Of a stretch of 64,000 nt of DNA, positions 10,578 through 20,923 are shown in pieces. The translations under genes were made by a program, and so were the position numbers. Source of the DNA: an uncultured Gemmatimonadaceae bacterium (GTDB lineage: Bacteria > Gemmatimonadota > Gemmatimonadetes > Gemmatimonadales > GWC2-71-9); assembly GCA_964348295.1 (NCBI GenBank), contig CAYGBV010000061.1, positions 23,694-87,693 of the forward strand, given 5' to 3'. Each line of letters opens with the position of its first letter. The stretch's first letter is position 1. The notes below the pieces were generated by a model that was not told the origin of the DNA, made no database searches, and saw only the letters and a list, made by a program, of their open reading frames with translations.

Positions 10578-11012
10578 CTACTTCAGGTCGATGGGTGTGG
10601 GGCTCTGCCCCTGGTGCGGATGCTCCGGTCCGGCGTAGACCTTGAGCTTGTTGCGCAGCACCTGCCGTCCCAGGGTGCCCTTAGGCAGCATGCCGAACAC
10701 TGCTTTCTCGATCACGCGCTCGGGGTGCTGCTGCAACATCTGCGCAACGGGCACGAACTTCTCGTGCCCCACGTATCCAGTATGCCGGAAGTACTGCTTC
10801 TGCTCCAGCTTCTTGCCCGTGAGCCGTACCTTCTCGGCGTTCACCACGACCACGTAGTCACCGACATCCATGTGCGGCGCGAAGGTCGGCTTGTGCTTGC
10901 CGCGAATGATCTGCGCCACCTTGCTGGCGAGCCGGCCCAGCACGACGCCATCGGCGTCCACCACATACCAGCGGTGCTCCAGCTCAGCAGCTGTCGGCGA
11001 GTACGTCTTCAT
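10578..11012 (-). CDS. rplM: 50S ribosomal protein L13
   Basis: WYVVDADGVVLGRLASKVAQIIRGKHKPTFAPHMDVGDYVVVVNAEK; rplM-rpsI pair. Confidence 0.95.
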   Translation of the reverse strand: MKTYSPTAAELEHRWYVVDADGVVLGRLASKVAQIIRGKHKPTFAPHMDVGDYVVVVNAEKVRLTGKKLEQKQYFRHTGYVGHEKFVPVAQMLQQHPERVIEKAVFGMLPKGTLGRQVLRNKLKVYAGPEHPHQGQSPTPIDLK

Positions 11013-11091
11013 CGCTCCGAGAAACCTCGTAACCCCGTGTGAGTGCGCGAATTAACACAGTCACGAATGCTAGCGGGCGACCGCCCAGTGG

Positions 11092-11598
11092 TCAACCCTC
11101 CGCCTCCACCATTTCTACCAGCGGTGCGCCCCTCTCTACCGCCTCTCCCGCCTTCACGTGCACCGCCCGTACCACGCCTGGGCCCGGGGTCGTAATCTCG
11201 TTCTCCATCTTCATCGCCTCGAGGACGACCACACCGCTACCGGTCTCAACCCTCTGCCCCTCCTGGACTTCGACCCGCACCACCAGGCCCGGCATCGGCG
11301 CCCGAATCAGGCCCGCGGCGGCGTGTCCGGCCCGCCGGCCGGTGAGCTCCCGCAGGGCCTGGGTGCGCTCGTCCAGCACGTCCACCGGCCACGACCGGCC
11401 GGCGGACTGGATCGTCCAGCCGTCCGGGCCCCGGATCATGGCGAACGTGCGTGCCCTGCCGTTGAGCACGAGCTGCTTGAGCGGCGTCCGGGGAATCCCC
11501 ACGAGGGCCGCTCGCACGGGCCGGCCGTCGAGGCGCACGGTGTCGCCCTGCACCTCCACCGGCATCGTTCGATCGCCCACCGTCACCGTGTACTTCAC
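11092..11598 (-). CDS. biotin/lipoyl-attachment (BCCP-like) protein of an acyl-CoA carboxylase
   Basis: C-terminal biotinyl domain with EAMKMENEI. The likely GTG start at 11598 overlaps the upstream stop (GTGA). The longer 278-aa ORF extension is rejected. Confidence 0.8.
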   Translation of the reverse strand: MKYTVTVGDRTMPVEVQGDTVRLDGRPVRAALVGIPRTPLKQLVLNGRARTFAMIRGPDGWTIQSAGRSWPVDVLDERTQALRELTGRRAGHAAAGLIRAPMPGLVVRVEVQEGQRVETGSGVVVLEAMKMENEITTPGPGVVRAVHVKAGEAVERGAPLVEMVEAEG

Positions 11599-12830
11599 GC
11601 CGCCTCCAGCAGCGCCAGCGTCTCCACGTGGCTCGTCTGGGGAAACAGATCGTACGCCGTGAGGGCCCTGAGCCGCAGGCTCGGCATCCGGGCCAGGTCC
11701 CTGGCCAGGGTAGCCGGGTCGCACGAGACGTAACTCAGGCGCCCGCCGGGCCGCCTGCCCGCCCAGGCCTCTAGCGCCGCGCTCGCTGGCTGGGACATGC
11801 CAGTGCGCGGGGGGTTCACCACCACCGCATCGGGCTCGGGGAGCCGGTGCAGCGACTCTTCGACTCGCGCCGCGATGCGCTGCACCGCTTCCTGCCCACC
11901 GCCGAAGCGCTCCCGCCCCCTGGCCCACTCGATCGCACGCCGGTCGGCGTCGACGCTCCAGACGCGGGCACCCCGCCGCGCCAACAGGTCGGCGGCCTCC
12001 CCCACACCGCCGTACAGGTCCCAGACCACCTTGGCCCGCACTGCACCCAGCCCATCCACCGCATCCTGTCTTATCTGCGCCGCGAACTGCGGGAAGACCT
12101 GCTCAAAGGCCACCACGGGGAAGCCCCTCTCGCTCCCCACTACCACCCGCGGTGCGCCCCGCGCCGGCCGCCACCAGATCAAGCACCGTGGCTCGTGGAG
12201 CGCCGCCGCCATGGGGGCCGCATCCCAGCGCTCCTCCGCCAGCGTCTCCACCACGACGTGGAGTCCGCCCGTGCGGTCCTCGCGCAGGGTCAGCTGCTGG
12301 AGCGAGCGCGGCAGCAGATCCCGCTCGGCCCGCACCCGGGCCCAGAGCTGCATCACCCGCTCCCGCGTGATGGGGCAGTCCTCGAGGTCGAATACCTTCC
12401 CCGGCTGGTCGAAGCGGTGGAACCCGACCCGCCCGCCCCGCGCCGCCAACGTGATCCGGGTGCGGTAGCGCCACATGTCGGGAGCGGGAACGATGGCCGG
12501 ATCGGAGAGCTCATATCCACCGATCCTCCGCACTGCGTCGCCCACGATACGGCGCTTGGCCTCCAGCTGGGCCTCGGGAGCGAGGTGCTGCAGCTGGCAG
12601 CCACCGCACGCGTCCTCCACGTAGTGGCGGCACTGCGGCTGCACCCGCTCGTCGCTCGCCGCCGCCTGGTGCCGCACGCGAGCCCGCGCGAAGCGGCGCT
12701 TGCGCTCCACGATCTCGAGCTCCACGCGGTCGCCGGGGGCGGTGCGCGGCACGAACACCGTCATCCCGTCTTCCAGGTGTCCCACGCCATCGCCCCCTGC
12801 GGCGATGCGCTCGATCGTCACGGCCGTCAC
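11595..12830 (-). CDS. TRAM-domain 23S rRNA (uracil-5)-methyltransferase, RlmD/RumA family
   Basis: N-terminal TRAM-like beta domain, Cys cluster CRHYVEDACGGCQLQH, SAM motif VWDLYGGVGE, and catalytic-Cys motif YVSCDPATLARDL. Four-nt overlaps at both ends. Confidence 0.85.
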   Translation of the reverse strand: MTAVTIERIAAGGDGVGHLEDGMTVFVPRTAPGDRVELEIVERKRRFARARVRHQAAASDERVQPQCRHYVEDACGGCQLQHLAPEAQLEAKRRIVGDAVRRIGGYELSDPAIVPAPDMWRYRTRITLAARGGRVGFHRFDQPGKVFDLEDCPITRERVMQLWARVRAERDLLPRSLQQLTLREDRTGGLHVVVETLAEERWDAAPMAAALHEPRCLIWWRPARGAPRVVVGSERGFPVVAFEQVFPQFAAQIRQDAVDGLGAVRAKVVWDLYGGVGEAADLLARRGARVWSVDADRRAIEWARGRERFGGGQEAVQRIAARVEESLHRLPEPDAVVVNPPRTGMSQPASAALEAWAGRRPGGRLSYVSCDPATLARDLARMPSLRLRALTAYDLFPQTSHVETLALLEAA

Positions 12831-14332
12831 CGGAGCCCCCGGAGCCGCGCCACGCGCAACCAGGGGCTCTCGTGGTGGGCGGGCCTGGTATCCTCGGCCA
12901 CCGGCACCATGGCGCTGCGGGCCTCGTCCTCGGCGAGCGCCGCCGCCACCGCGATCTGCTCCAGATCCTCATCGCTGAGCTCGGGGCTGAGGACCACGTC
13001 CCCGAGCCGCTCGAGGTAGCCGATGTCGTACGCGCCGCTGAGGAAGGTGGGCTCGTCCATCACCCGCCGGTGGAACGGCTGGGAGGTCGGCACCCCAACG
13101 ACTACGAGCTCCTCCAGCGCGCGCCGCATGCGCCACACCGCCCGCTCACGGCTCTCGCCCCACACGATGAGCTTTCCCAGGAGCGAGTCGTAGAACAGCG
13201 TGATCTCACTGCCGGTCTCCACCCCGGCGTCCCATCGCACCCCCGGACCTGAGGGCGCGTGCAGGTACTCGATTCGCCCGATGGCCGGCAGGAAGTTGGC
13301 GAACGGATCCTCCGCCGTGATGCGGCACTCGATGGCATGGCCCCGGGGACGCATCGGTCGAGTGGGGCAGCTCATCGGATCGCCGGCCGCGATGCGAAGC
13401 TGCTCGCGCACGATGTCCACTCCGTAGACCATCTCGGTCACGGGGTGCTCGACTTGCAGACGGGTGTTCATCTCTAGGAAGTAGAACTTCCCCTCAGGAT
13501 CGAGCAGGAACTCAACAGTTCCGGCGCTGAGGTAGCCCACCGCCTGCGCTGCCTTGACCGCCGCCTCGCCCATCCGCAGCCGCAGGTCCAGGTCCACCGC
13601 CGCGGACGGCGATTCCTCGATGAGCTTCTGGTGGCGGCGCTGCACCGAGCACTCGCGCTCGCCGAGGTGGATCGTGTTGCCGAACCGGTCGGCGAGCACC
13701 TGGATCTCCACGTGGCGGGGCCGGTCCACGAACTTCTCCAGGTAGATCGAATCGTCCCCGAAGGCCGACTTCGCCTCCGAAGCCGCCTGCGTGAAGCCCT
13801 TGCGCACCTCCTCGGGCGAGCCGGCCACGCGCATGCCCTTGCCGCCGCCCCCTGCCGCCGCCTTGAGCAGCACCGGATAGCCGATCTCGCGCGCCGCCCG
13901 CACCGCCGCCTCCCCATCCCCCAGCGGCTCCGTGGTCCCCGGCACGATGGGCACCCCCGCCTGCTCCATGCGGCGCCGGGCCTCGGTCTTCTCCCCCATG
14001 GCCCGGATCGCCGCCGCCGGCGGACCGATGAACACGAGCCCGGCCTGCTCGACAGCCTCCGCGAAGTGGGCCTGCTCGGCCAGGAAGCCGTAGCCCGGGT
14101 GCACCGCGTCGGCGGCGGTCCGCCGGGCGGCCTCGAGCAGGCGCTCCACGTGGAGGTAGGACTCCCTGGCAGGGGCGGGTCCCAACTCGAATGCCGCGTC
14201 GGCGGCCTTGACGTGCGGGTTCAGCCGGTCGGCCTCGGAGTAGACTGCGACCGCTTCGATGTTCTCCTCGTGGCAGGCGCGGATGATGCGGAGGGCGATC
14301 TCGCCCCGGTTTGCGACGAGGACGCGGTTCAT
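12827..14332 (-). CDS. accC: biotin carboxylase subunit (acetyl/propionyl-CoA carboxylase)
   Basis: MNRVLVANRGEIALRIIRAC N-terminus and an ATP-grasp core (GYPVLLKAAAGGGGKGMRV); 501 aa. Confidence 0.92.
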   Translation of the reverse strand: MNRVLVANRGEIALRIIRACHEENIEAVAVYSEADRLNPHVKAADAAFELGPAPARESYLHVERLLEAARRTAADAVHPGYGFLAEQAHFAEAVEQAGLVFIGPPAAAIRAMGEKTEARRRMEQAGVPIVPGTTEPLGDGEAAVRAAREIGYPVLLKAAAGGGGKGMRVAGSPEEVRKGFTQAASEAKSAFGDDSIYLEKFVDRPRHVEIQVLADRFGNTIHLGERECSVQRRHQKLIEESPSAAVDLDLRLRMGEAAVKAAQAVGYLSAGTVEFLLDPEGKFYFLEMNTRLQVEHPVTEMVYGVDIVREQLRIAAGDPMSCPTRPMRPRGHAIECRITAEDPFANFLPAIGRIEYLHAPSGPGVRWDAGVETGSEITLFYDSLLGKLIVWGESRERAVWRMRRALEELVVVGVPTSQPFHRRVMDEPTFLSGAYDIGYLERLGDVVLSPELSDEDLEQIAVAAALAEDEARSAMVPVAEDTRPAHHESPWLRVARLRGLR

Positions 14333-14473
14333 GGGAGGATCAACGCGCCAAGCGCGGGTTGCCCGAGCCGGGCTGGCGAGGTCCGAATCCCGCCGGAGCG
14401 AGCCTCAGACATGGTGGATCGGCCGGCTCTGCAGCTCGCGAAGGCGGGGTTCCGAGCGAGCCAGCAGCATCCG

Positions 14474-16024
14474 TCACAGCGGGATGTTCCCGTGTTTGCG
14501 CGGATGCACGCTCTGCCGCTTGGTCAACAGAGTCTGCAGCGCTGAGATGAGCCGTGGCCGCGTCTCTCGCGGGTCGATTACGTCGTCCAGATACCCCCGG
14601 GCCGCCGCCAGGTAGGGATGGGCGAACTTCTCACGGTACTCGGCTACCAACTCGTCGAGCTTCGCGTCGGAGTCGTCCGCCGCAGCGATGTCCCGCTTGA
14701 ACAGGATCTCCGCCGCGCCTTTGGGGCCCATCACTGCGATCTCGGAGGTGGGCCAACCGATGTTGAAGTCCCCCCGGACGTGCTTCGAGCTCATCACGTC
14801 GTACGCCCCGCCGTAGGCCTTGCGCGTGATCACCGTGAGCTTGGGCACCGTCGCTTCCGCGTAGGCATAGAGGAGCTTGGCACCCTGCTTGATGATCCCG
14901 CCGTGCTCTTGATCTACGCCCGGCAGAAAGCCGGGTACATCCTCGAAGGTGAGCAGTGGGATGTTGAATGCGTCGCAGAACCGGATGAACCGACCCCCCT
15001 TGGCCGACGCCTTGATGTCCAGCACACCCGCCAGGACTGCCGGCTGGTTGGCGATCACCCCTACCGGATGCCCCCCCAGCCGTGCGAAGCCGACGATGAT
15101 GTTCGTAGCGAACTCGCGGTGCACCTCCAGGAGTTCCCCTTCGTCCACGACACGGCGGATGACGTCGTGCATGTCGTACGGCTTATTCGGATTCTCCGGC
15201 ACGATGGTGAGGAGCTCCTCATCGCGCCGGTCGGGCGGATCGTCAGTGGGCCGAAACGGTGGGCTGTCGACGTTGTTGCTCGGAACGTAGCTCAACAGGC
15301 GGCGCACCTCGGTAAGACACTCCACTTCCGAGTCGTGCGCGAAGTGCGCCACGCCGGAGACGGACGCGTGCACATCCGCGCCACCCAACTCCTCATGGGT
15401 CACGTCCTCGTGCGTCACCGTCTTCACCACGTTGGGCCCGGTGACGAACATGTACGAGATCCCCCGCACCATGAAGACGAAGTCGGTGATCGCAGGGCTG
15501 TAGACCGCTCCGCCCGCGCAGGGCCCGAGGATCGCGCTGATCTGCGGCACGACACCGGAGGTCAGCGTGTTGCGCAGGAAGATGTCGGCGTAGCCGCCGA
15601 GCGAGACCACTCCCTCTTGGATCCGGGCGCCACCCGAGTCATTCAGCCCGACAACCGGTGCCCCATTCTGCACGGCGAGGTCCATCACCTTGCAGATCTT
15701 CTCCGCATGCGCCTCAGCGAGTGATCCGCCGAACACAGTGAAATCCTGAGAGAAGACGTACACCAGGCGCCCGTCGATCCGGCCGTAGCCGGTGACGACA
15801 CCGTCTCCCAGGATCTTCTTCTTGTCGAGGCCGAAATCGGTGGAGCGGTGGGTGACGAAGCGATCGAGCTCCACGAACGAACCCGGGTCAAGCAGCAGGT
15901 CGAGTCGCTCCCGGGCGGTCAGTTTGCCCTTAGCATGCTGTTGTCCGACACGCTCCTCGCCCCCGCCCTGTTCCGACTCGGAGCGGAGGCGATGGAGGGT
16001 ATCGAGTCTCTGTTGGATCGTCAC
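14474..16024 (-). CDS. acyl-CoA carboxylase carboxyltransferase (PccB / methylmalonyl-CoA carboxyltransferase family)
   Basis: 516 aa; [23 protein letters not shown]-terminal block and duplicated crotonase-like halves typical of the beta subunit. Confidence 0.9.
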   Translation of the reverse strand: MTIQQRLDTLHRLRSESEQGGGEERVGQQHAKGKLTARERLDLLLDPGSFVELDRFVTHRSTDFGLDKKKILGDGVVTGYGRIDGRLVYVFSQDFTVFGGSLAEAHAEKICKVMDLAVQNGAPVVGLNDSGGARIQEGVVSLGGYADIFLRNTLTSGVVPQISAILGPCAGGAVYSPAITDFVFMVRGISYMFVTGPNVVKTVTHEDVTHEELGGADVHASVSGVAHFAHDSEVECLTEVRRLLSYVPSNNVDSPPFRPTDDPPDRRDEELLTIVPENPNKPYDMHDVIRRVVDEGELLEVHREFATNIIVGFARLGGHPVGVIANQPAVLAGVLDIKASAKGGRFIRFCDAFNIPLLTFEDVPGFLPGVDQEHGGIIKQGAKLLYAYAEATVPKLTVITRKAYGGAYDVMSSKHVRGDFNIGWPTSEIAVMGPKGAAEILFKRDIAAADDSDAKLDELVAEYREKFAHPYLAAARGYLDDVIDPRETRPRLISALQTLLTKRQSVHPRKHGNIPL

Positions 16025-16072
16025 GAGCGTTCCGGGACACGGCGGGTTGTGGGTGTCGCCGGGGGCATTGGC

Positions 16073-18022
16073 TCACTCGGCGGATGAATCCGACTTCCCC
16101 GTCGGCTCCTCCGCAGCCTCGGCGCTCGACGCCTCGGGCTCGGCCTCCTCGGTTGCCGCCTCGGGCGCCGCTTCCCCCTCGGCCTCGACCGGCTGAGCCT
16201 GCACCTCGGTGGCCTGCGTCTCGGTCTCGGCGTCGGCCTGGGCCTCAGCCTCAGGCTCAGGCCGAACCTCGGCCTCTTGCTGCAGCTCCGCCTCCTCTGC
16301 CTCGAGCTGGGGCTTGGGCTCCTCGGGCGGTGCCTCCAGGAACTCGGTGGCCGCGAGGATGACGCGATGGTGGATTGGGTCGACCTCCAGCACCTTCAGC
16401 GCGACTCCCTGCCCGAGCTTGGTCACCTGCTCGGCCGACTTCCCGTTGGCCAGGGGGAGCTGGGATTGGGGCACAAAGCCCTCGAGGTCGCCGCCCAGAT
16501 CAACTACGATCCCGCTGTCCTGGTAGCGCACGATCTTCCCCTCGAGCTCCATGCCGACAGGGTGGGTCTCCGCGATACTGAGCCACGGATCTTCCTGTAG
16601 CTGCTTGAGGCCGAGGGAGATCCGCTTGTTCTCCGGATCGATGTTGAGGATGGAGACCTCGACCGTGTCGCCCTTCTTCACGATCTCCGAGGGGTGCTGC
16701 ACCCGCTTGGTCCACGACATGTCGGAGATGTGAATCAGCCCGTCGATGCCGGGCTCGATCTCCACGAATGCCCCGAACGAGGTAAGGTTGCGGACCTTGC
16801 CGGTGATCCGCGTGCCTACCGGGTACTTCATGGGGAGCATCATCCACGGATCCTGCTCGGTCTGCTTCATGCCGAGCGAGATCTTCTCCTCCTGCGGGTC
16901 CACCTTGAGTACGACCGCCTCGATCGTCTCACCGATCGACACCACCTTCGATGGGTGCCGCACGTTGCGCGTCCAGCTCATCTCGCTGATGTGTACCAGC
17001 CCCTCGATGCCCGGCTCCAGCTCCACGAACGCGCCGTAGTTGGTGATGCTCACAACCTTGCCCTGAACCCGTGCGCCTACCGGGTACTTCTCCTGCACGT
17101 TCTCCCACGGGTAGGCATGCAGCTGCTTGAGGCCGAGCGAAATGCGCTCCCGGTCCCAGTCGATGTCGAGCACCTTGACCTCGATCTCCTGCCCGAGATC
17201 GACCATCTCGGATGGATGGGAGACACGGCCCCAGCTCATGTCGGTGATGTGCAGCAGGCCGTCCACGCCGCCGAGATCGATGAACGCCCCGAAGTCAGTC
17301 ACGTTCTTGACTATGCCCTTGCGGGCCTGCCCGACCTCCAGCTCCTTCATCAGGAACTCGCGCTTGTGGGCCCGCTCCGCCTCCAGGATGACGCGGCGCG
17401 AGACCACGATGTTGCGACGCCGCTTGTTCAGCTTGATGATCTTGAAACGGAAGCTCTGCCCCAGCAGCTCATCGATGTTGGGTACGCGCCTGAGCGCGAT
17501 CTGACTCCCCGGCAGGAAGGCATCCACACCCATCAGGTCGACGACGACACCACCCTTGATCTTCTTCTGGAGAGTTCCCTCCACGGGCTCGTCGTTCTCG
17601 TACGCGTGCCGGATCTTCTCCCACACGCGCATGAAGTCTGCCTTCTTCTTGGAGAGCACGATCGAGCCTTCCTCGTCCTCGAGGCGCTCGAGCAACACGT
17701 CCACCTCGTCGCCCGACTCGATCACCTGCGGGTCCTTGAATTCCTCGATCGGCACCGCGCCCTCCGACTTGAAGCCCACGTCCAGTATCACGTGGCTCTC
17801 GGTAACGCGCAGGACCTTGGACTTGACGATCTCCCCTTCCTGGATGCTCTGCAGCGTACCCTCATAGAGCTGCAGCATCTTCTGGTACTCCTCGTCGGAG
17901 TAGCCTTCGTCGTACAGGTCGGGGCGAACGGGGGTTGGCGTCGTGCTGTCTGACGCGGGGATGTCGGCCACGTCGGGGGGCGACGTGGGTTCAGGTGACG
18001 AATCGACCATCGGTTGTGTCAA
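16073..18022 (-). CDS. rpsA: 30S ribosomal protein S1 with acidic Ala/Glu/Pro-rich C-terminal tail
   Basis: Six S1 repeats (e.g. GIVKNVTDFGAFIDLGGVDGLLHITDMSW). TTG at 18022 or ATG at 18010 as start. cmk-rpsA synteny. Confidence 0.93.
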   Translation of the reverse strand: MTQPMVDSSPEPTSPPDVADIPASDSTTPTPVRPDLYDEGYSDEEYQKMLQLYEGTLQSIQEGEIVKSKVLRVTESHVILDVGFKSEGAVPIEEFKDPQVIESGDEVDVLLERLEDEEGSIVLSKKKADFMRVWEKIRHAYENDEPVEGTLQKKIKGGVVVDLMGVDAFLPGSQIALRRVPNIDELLGQSFRFKIIKLNKRRRNIVVSRRVILEAERAHKREFLMKELEVGQARKGIVKNVTDFGAFIDLGGVDGLLHITDMSWGRVSHPSEMVDLGQEIEVKVLDIDWDRERISLGLKQLHAYPWENVQEKYPVGARVQGKVVSITNYGAFVELEPGIEGLVHISEMSWTRNVRHPSKVVSIGETIEAVVLKVDPQEEKISLGMKQTEQDPWMMLPMKYPVGTRITGKVRNLTSFGAFVEIEPGIDGLIHISDMSWTKRVQHPSEIVKKGDTVEVSILNIDPENKRISLGLKQLQEDPWLSIAETHPVGMELEGKIVRYQDSGIVVDLGGDLEGFVPQSQLPLANGKSAEQVTKLGQGVALKVLEVDPIHHRVILAATEFLEAPPEEPKPQLEAEEAELQQEAEVRPEPEAEAQADAETETQATEVQAQPVEAEGEAAPEAATEEAEPEASSAEAAEEPTGKSDSSAE

Positions 18023-18077
18023 GCTTCCTACTTGTGGTGGTACGGTTTACGGTTGTCACGCCCGCCATAAGCGAACG

Positions 18078-18099
18078 CCGCTCTCACCGGTGAGAGCGG
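18078..18099 (-). terminator. hairpin between cmk and rpsA
   Basis: 22-nt perfect palindrome CCGCTCTCACCGGTGAGAGCGG 40 nt downstream of the cmk stop, followed on the minus strand by CGTTCGCTTAT (weak U-tract). Confidence 0.4.
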
Positions 18100-18138
18100 T
18101 AGCCTATCACGATAGACCGCACGTAGCCCTATGTCAAG

Positions 18139-18813
18139 CTAAGAAAACAGGTTGCGCGCTCTGGCCGCGATCGCCTCCACCTGATCTTCGAAGCTCATTC
18201 CGGAGGTGTCGAGCACGACCGCGTCGGGCGCCTGCTTCAGCGGGGCCACGGCTCGGGTCGAGTCGAGCTGGTCGCGGCGCCGCAGCTCCTCCACCTCCCG
18301 GGCTACCGCGTCGGGCTCGGCCTCCCTTCCCTCCTGCAGCAGGCGCCGCAACGCCCGCTCCTCGGGCTTCGCGGTGAGGAAGATCTTGAGCATGGCGTCC
18401 GGGAAGACCACGGTCCCAATGTCCCGGCCGTCCAGCACCGCCCCCCGCGGGTGGCGCGCCACCGCCTCGCGCACCTCCTCGTTCACCCACTGGCGCACCT
18501 CCGGGATGGCCGAGACCTCCGACACCCTGGCCGTTACCCTAGCCGAGCGGATCTCCCGCGACACGTCGGCACCTGCGATCTCGGGCCGGAATCCGGTGTC
18601 CGTCAGGTCCAGCCGCACCGGCAGGGAGCGAGCCAGGGCGACGAGCCGCTGCCCGCTGAGCTCCACCCCGGCGTCCAGGCCGGCCAGCGTAATCGCCCGG
18701 TAGAGGGCACCGCTCTCCACATGGGGCAGGCCCAGGCGCCGGGCAACGGCGGCGGCCGTAGTGGACTTGCCGGAGCCGGCGGGGCCGTCGATGGCGAGAA
18801 CACGACTAGGCAT
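18139..18813 (-). CDS. cmk: cytidylate kinase
   Basis: LAIDGPAGSGKST P-loop; 224 aa; the start overlaps the aroA stop by 8 nt. Confidence 0.93.
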   Translation of the reverse strand: MPSRVLAIDGPAGSGKSTTAAAVARRLGLPHVESGALYRAITLAGLDAGVELSGQRLVALARSLPVRLDLTDTGFRPEIAGADVSREIRSARVTARVSEVSAIPEVRQWVNEEVREAVARHPRGAVLDGRDIGTVVFPDAMLKIFLTAKPEERALRRLLQEGREAEPDAVAREVEELRRRDQLDSTRAVAPLKQAPDAVVLDTSGMSFEDQVEAIAARARNLFS

Positions 18814-20077
18814 CGCGACGGATCCGTTCGAGGTCGGTGAAGAAGCCGGGGTAGCTTACCGCCGCGGAGGCCCTTTCCGAAAGCTCCACCCGCGCGCCGG
18901 GCAGCGTGCCGAGCACCGCGAACGCCATTGCGATGCGGTGGTCGCCGGCCGTGTCGACCCGCCCGCGCGGCGGACGATCGGTGCCCTGCACCACCAGGTC
19001 GTCTCCCTCGACGGCGGCCTCCACTCCCAGCGCCCGGAGGTTGGCGGCGATGAGTCCCAGCCGGTCGCTCTCCTTGACGCGCAGCTCTCCGACCGAGCGG
19101 AACCATGTCTCACCTTCGGCCCGCGCCGCCAGGACCGCCAGCAGAGGCACCTCGTCGATCAGGCTCGGCACCTCCTCGGCGGAGATCTCGGTCGCACGGA
19201 GTGCCGCCGGGCCGACCAGCAGATCCGCCAGAGGCTCGCCGCCGGCCTCGCGCTCCCCGAGCCGTCCCAGTGCCGCCCCCATCCGGGCGAGCACCCCGAG
19301 GTAGCCGGTTCGCGTGGGATTCACCCCGACCGCCTCGAGACACAGCTCACCGCTCTCGGCCAGCAGCGCCGCGCCCGCCAGGAACGCCGCGGAGGAGGGA
19401 TCGCCCGGGATCTCCAGCTCGAATGGCGGCAGCCGCGGCCAGCGGCTGCCCGCTCCCGCCAGCACGATCGTGGTGCCGCGCACAGTGAGGTCGAAGCCAA
19501 GGTGGGTGAACAGCCGCTCGGTGTGGTCACGGGAGCGGACCGGCTCGGACACCGTCACGGGGACGCGACCGGTCAGGCCCGCCAGGAGCAAGGCGGTCTT
19601 GAGCTGGGCGCTGGCCACCGGCGTGTGGTAGCTGAACGGCCGCAGGCGCCCGCCGCGGATGCGGAGCGGCAGCCCGTCGCCCGCCTCCTCTGCTACCTCC
19701 GCGCCCATGGCGCGCAGCGGCAGCGTGATGCGACGCATCGGGCGGCGCCTGAGTGACGCGTCGCCTGTGAGGCGCGCCTCGATCCGCTGCCCGGCGAGCG
19801 CTCCCAGGAGGAGGCGCGCCGTGGTACCCGAGTTGCCGCAGTCGAGCGTCCGAGTGGGGCTGTTCCACGGCCGACCCCTGACCCGCACCCGAGCGCCGGC
19901 CCGGAGCGAGCCGACCTCGGCACCGAGCCGACGCAGCGCGGCCGCGGTGGAGCGCGCGTCGTGCGCGGTGAGGGCACCGTCTAGCGTGACACTACTCCGC
20001 GACAGGGCTCCCACGATGAGCGCGCGGTGGGTGATGCTCTTGTCCCCCGGGGGACGAACCGAACCGCCCACTCTCAT
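18806..20077 (-). CDS. aroA: 3-phosphoshikimate 1-carboxyvinyltransferase (EPSP synthase)
   Basis: PGDKSITHRALI and LRVKESDRL motifs. ATG at 20077 overlaps the tyrA stop (ATGA); 423 aa. The upstream 98-codon extension is rejected. Confidence 0.92.
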   Translation of the reverse strand: MRVGGSVRPPGDKSITHRALIVGALSRSSVTLDGALTAHDARSTAAALRRLGAEVGSLRAGARVRVRGRPWNSPTRTLDCGNSGTTARLLLGALAGQRIEARLTGDASLRRRPMRRITLPLRAMGAEVAEEAGDGLPLRIRGGRLRPFSYHTPVASAQLKTALLLAGLTGRVPVTVSEPVRSRDHTERLFTHLGFDLTVRGTTIVLAGAGSRWPRLPPFELEIPGDPSSAAFLAGAALLAESGELCLEAVGVNPTRTGYLGVLARMGAALGRLGEREAGGEPLADLLVGPAALRATEISAEEVPSLIDEVPLLAVLAARAEGETWFRSVGELRVKESDRLGLIAANLRALGVEAAVEGDDLVVQGTDRPPRGRVDTAGDHRIAMAFAVLGTLPGARVELSERASAAVSYPGFFTDLERIRRDA

Positions 20078-20919
20078 GGGTCGAACCGCTCCCGCCAGCC
20101 GGCTCCCGTCTCGAGCCAGCGCCGCAGCGCGCGCCGGTCCCCGGCCGACAGCGCCGCGCGCAGCTCGCCCAGGCCCTCCTCCATGGCGTCGAGCGCCTCC
20201 AGCAGCTGCCGGCGCGCCATGAGGAGCAGATCCGCCCACGCCTGCGGATCCTCGGTGGCGATCCGGGTCTGGGCGAGAGCCTCCCGACCGTACGTCACGC
20301 CGTCCGGTCCGCGCTGGGCCAGCACCCGTGCGAGGGCCGAGGCCACCGCCCGGGGAAGCTGGCTCGTCCACGCCAGCAGCGCGTCGTGCCGTGCGGCGCT
20401 CAGGGTGACGGGCTCGGCCCCGACGACCCGCTGCCAGAAGTCCGCCACCTCGGCCGCCGCGCCCTCACCGCCCGCGGCGGGCGTGACGTAGACCAGCGCG
20501 TTGTCGAGCGCGTGGGGCCGCGCCGCACCGAATCCGCTCCCCTCGAGCCCGACGAAAGGGTGGGAGCCGGCAAACCACGGTCCCAACCCGAGCCGCTCGG
20601 CCAGCTGCACCACCGGCGCCTTCACGCTCGTCACGTCGGTGCAGTACACCCCGCGGCGCTGCAGTTGCTCCGCCGCTCGTTCCATGAGGTGGAGCGTCTG
20701 GGCTGGCGGGGCCGCCATGACCACGAGGTCGGCAGTGCGCACCACGCCCTCGGGATCGTGCGCCACCTCGGTGATCGCACCGGCCCGGACGGCCGCTGCC
20801 CCGTCCTTCGTGCTGCGAGCGAACCCCACTATGCGGGAGATGCCGGCGCGCGCGGCGTGCCACCCGATGGATCCCCCCAGGGCGCCGAGGCCGACGATGC
20901 CGAGCGTTCGCGGTCGCAC
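20074..20919 (-). CDS. tyrA: prephenate/arogenate dehydrogenase
   Basis: Rossmann motif LGIVGLGALGGSIG near the N-terminus when started at GTG 20919 (281 aa). The start is uncertain. Confidence 0.8.
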   Translation of the reverse strand: MRPRTLGIVGLGALGGSIGWHAARAGISRIVGFARSTKDGAAAVRAGAITEVAHDPEGVVRTADLVVMAAPPAQTLHLMERAAEQLQRRGVYCTDVTSVKAPVVQLAERLGLGPWFAGSHPFVGLEGSGFGAARPHALDNALVYVTPAAGGEGAAAEVADFWQRVVGAEPVTLSAARHDALLAWTSQLPRAVASALARVLAQRGPDGVTYGREALAQTRIATEDPQAWADLLLMARRQLLEALDAMEEGLGELRAALSAGDRRALRRWLETGAGWRERFDP

Positions 20920-20923
20920 GAAC

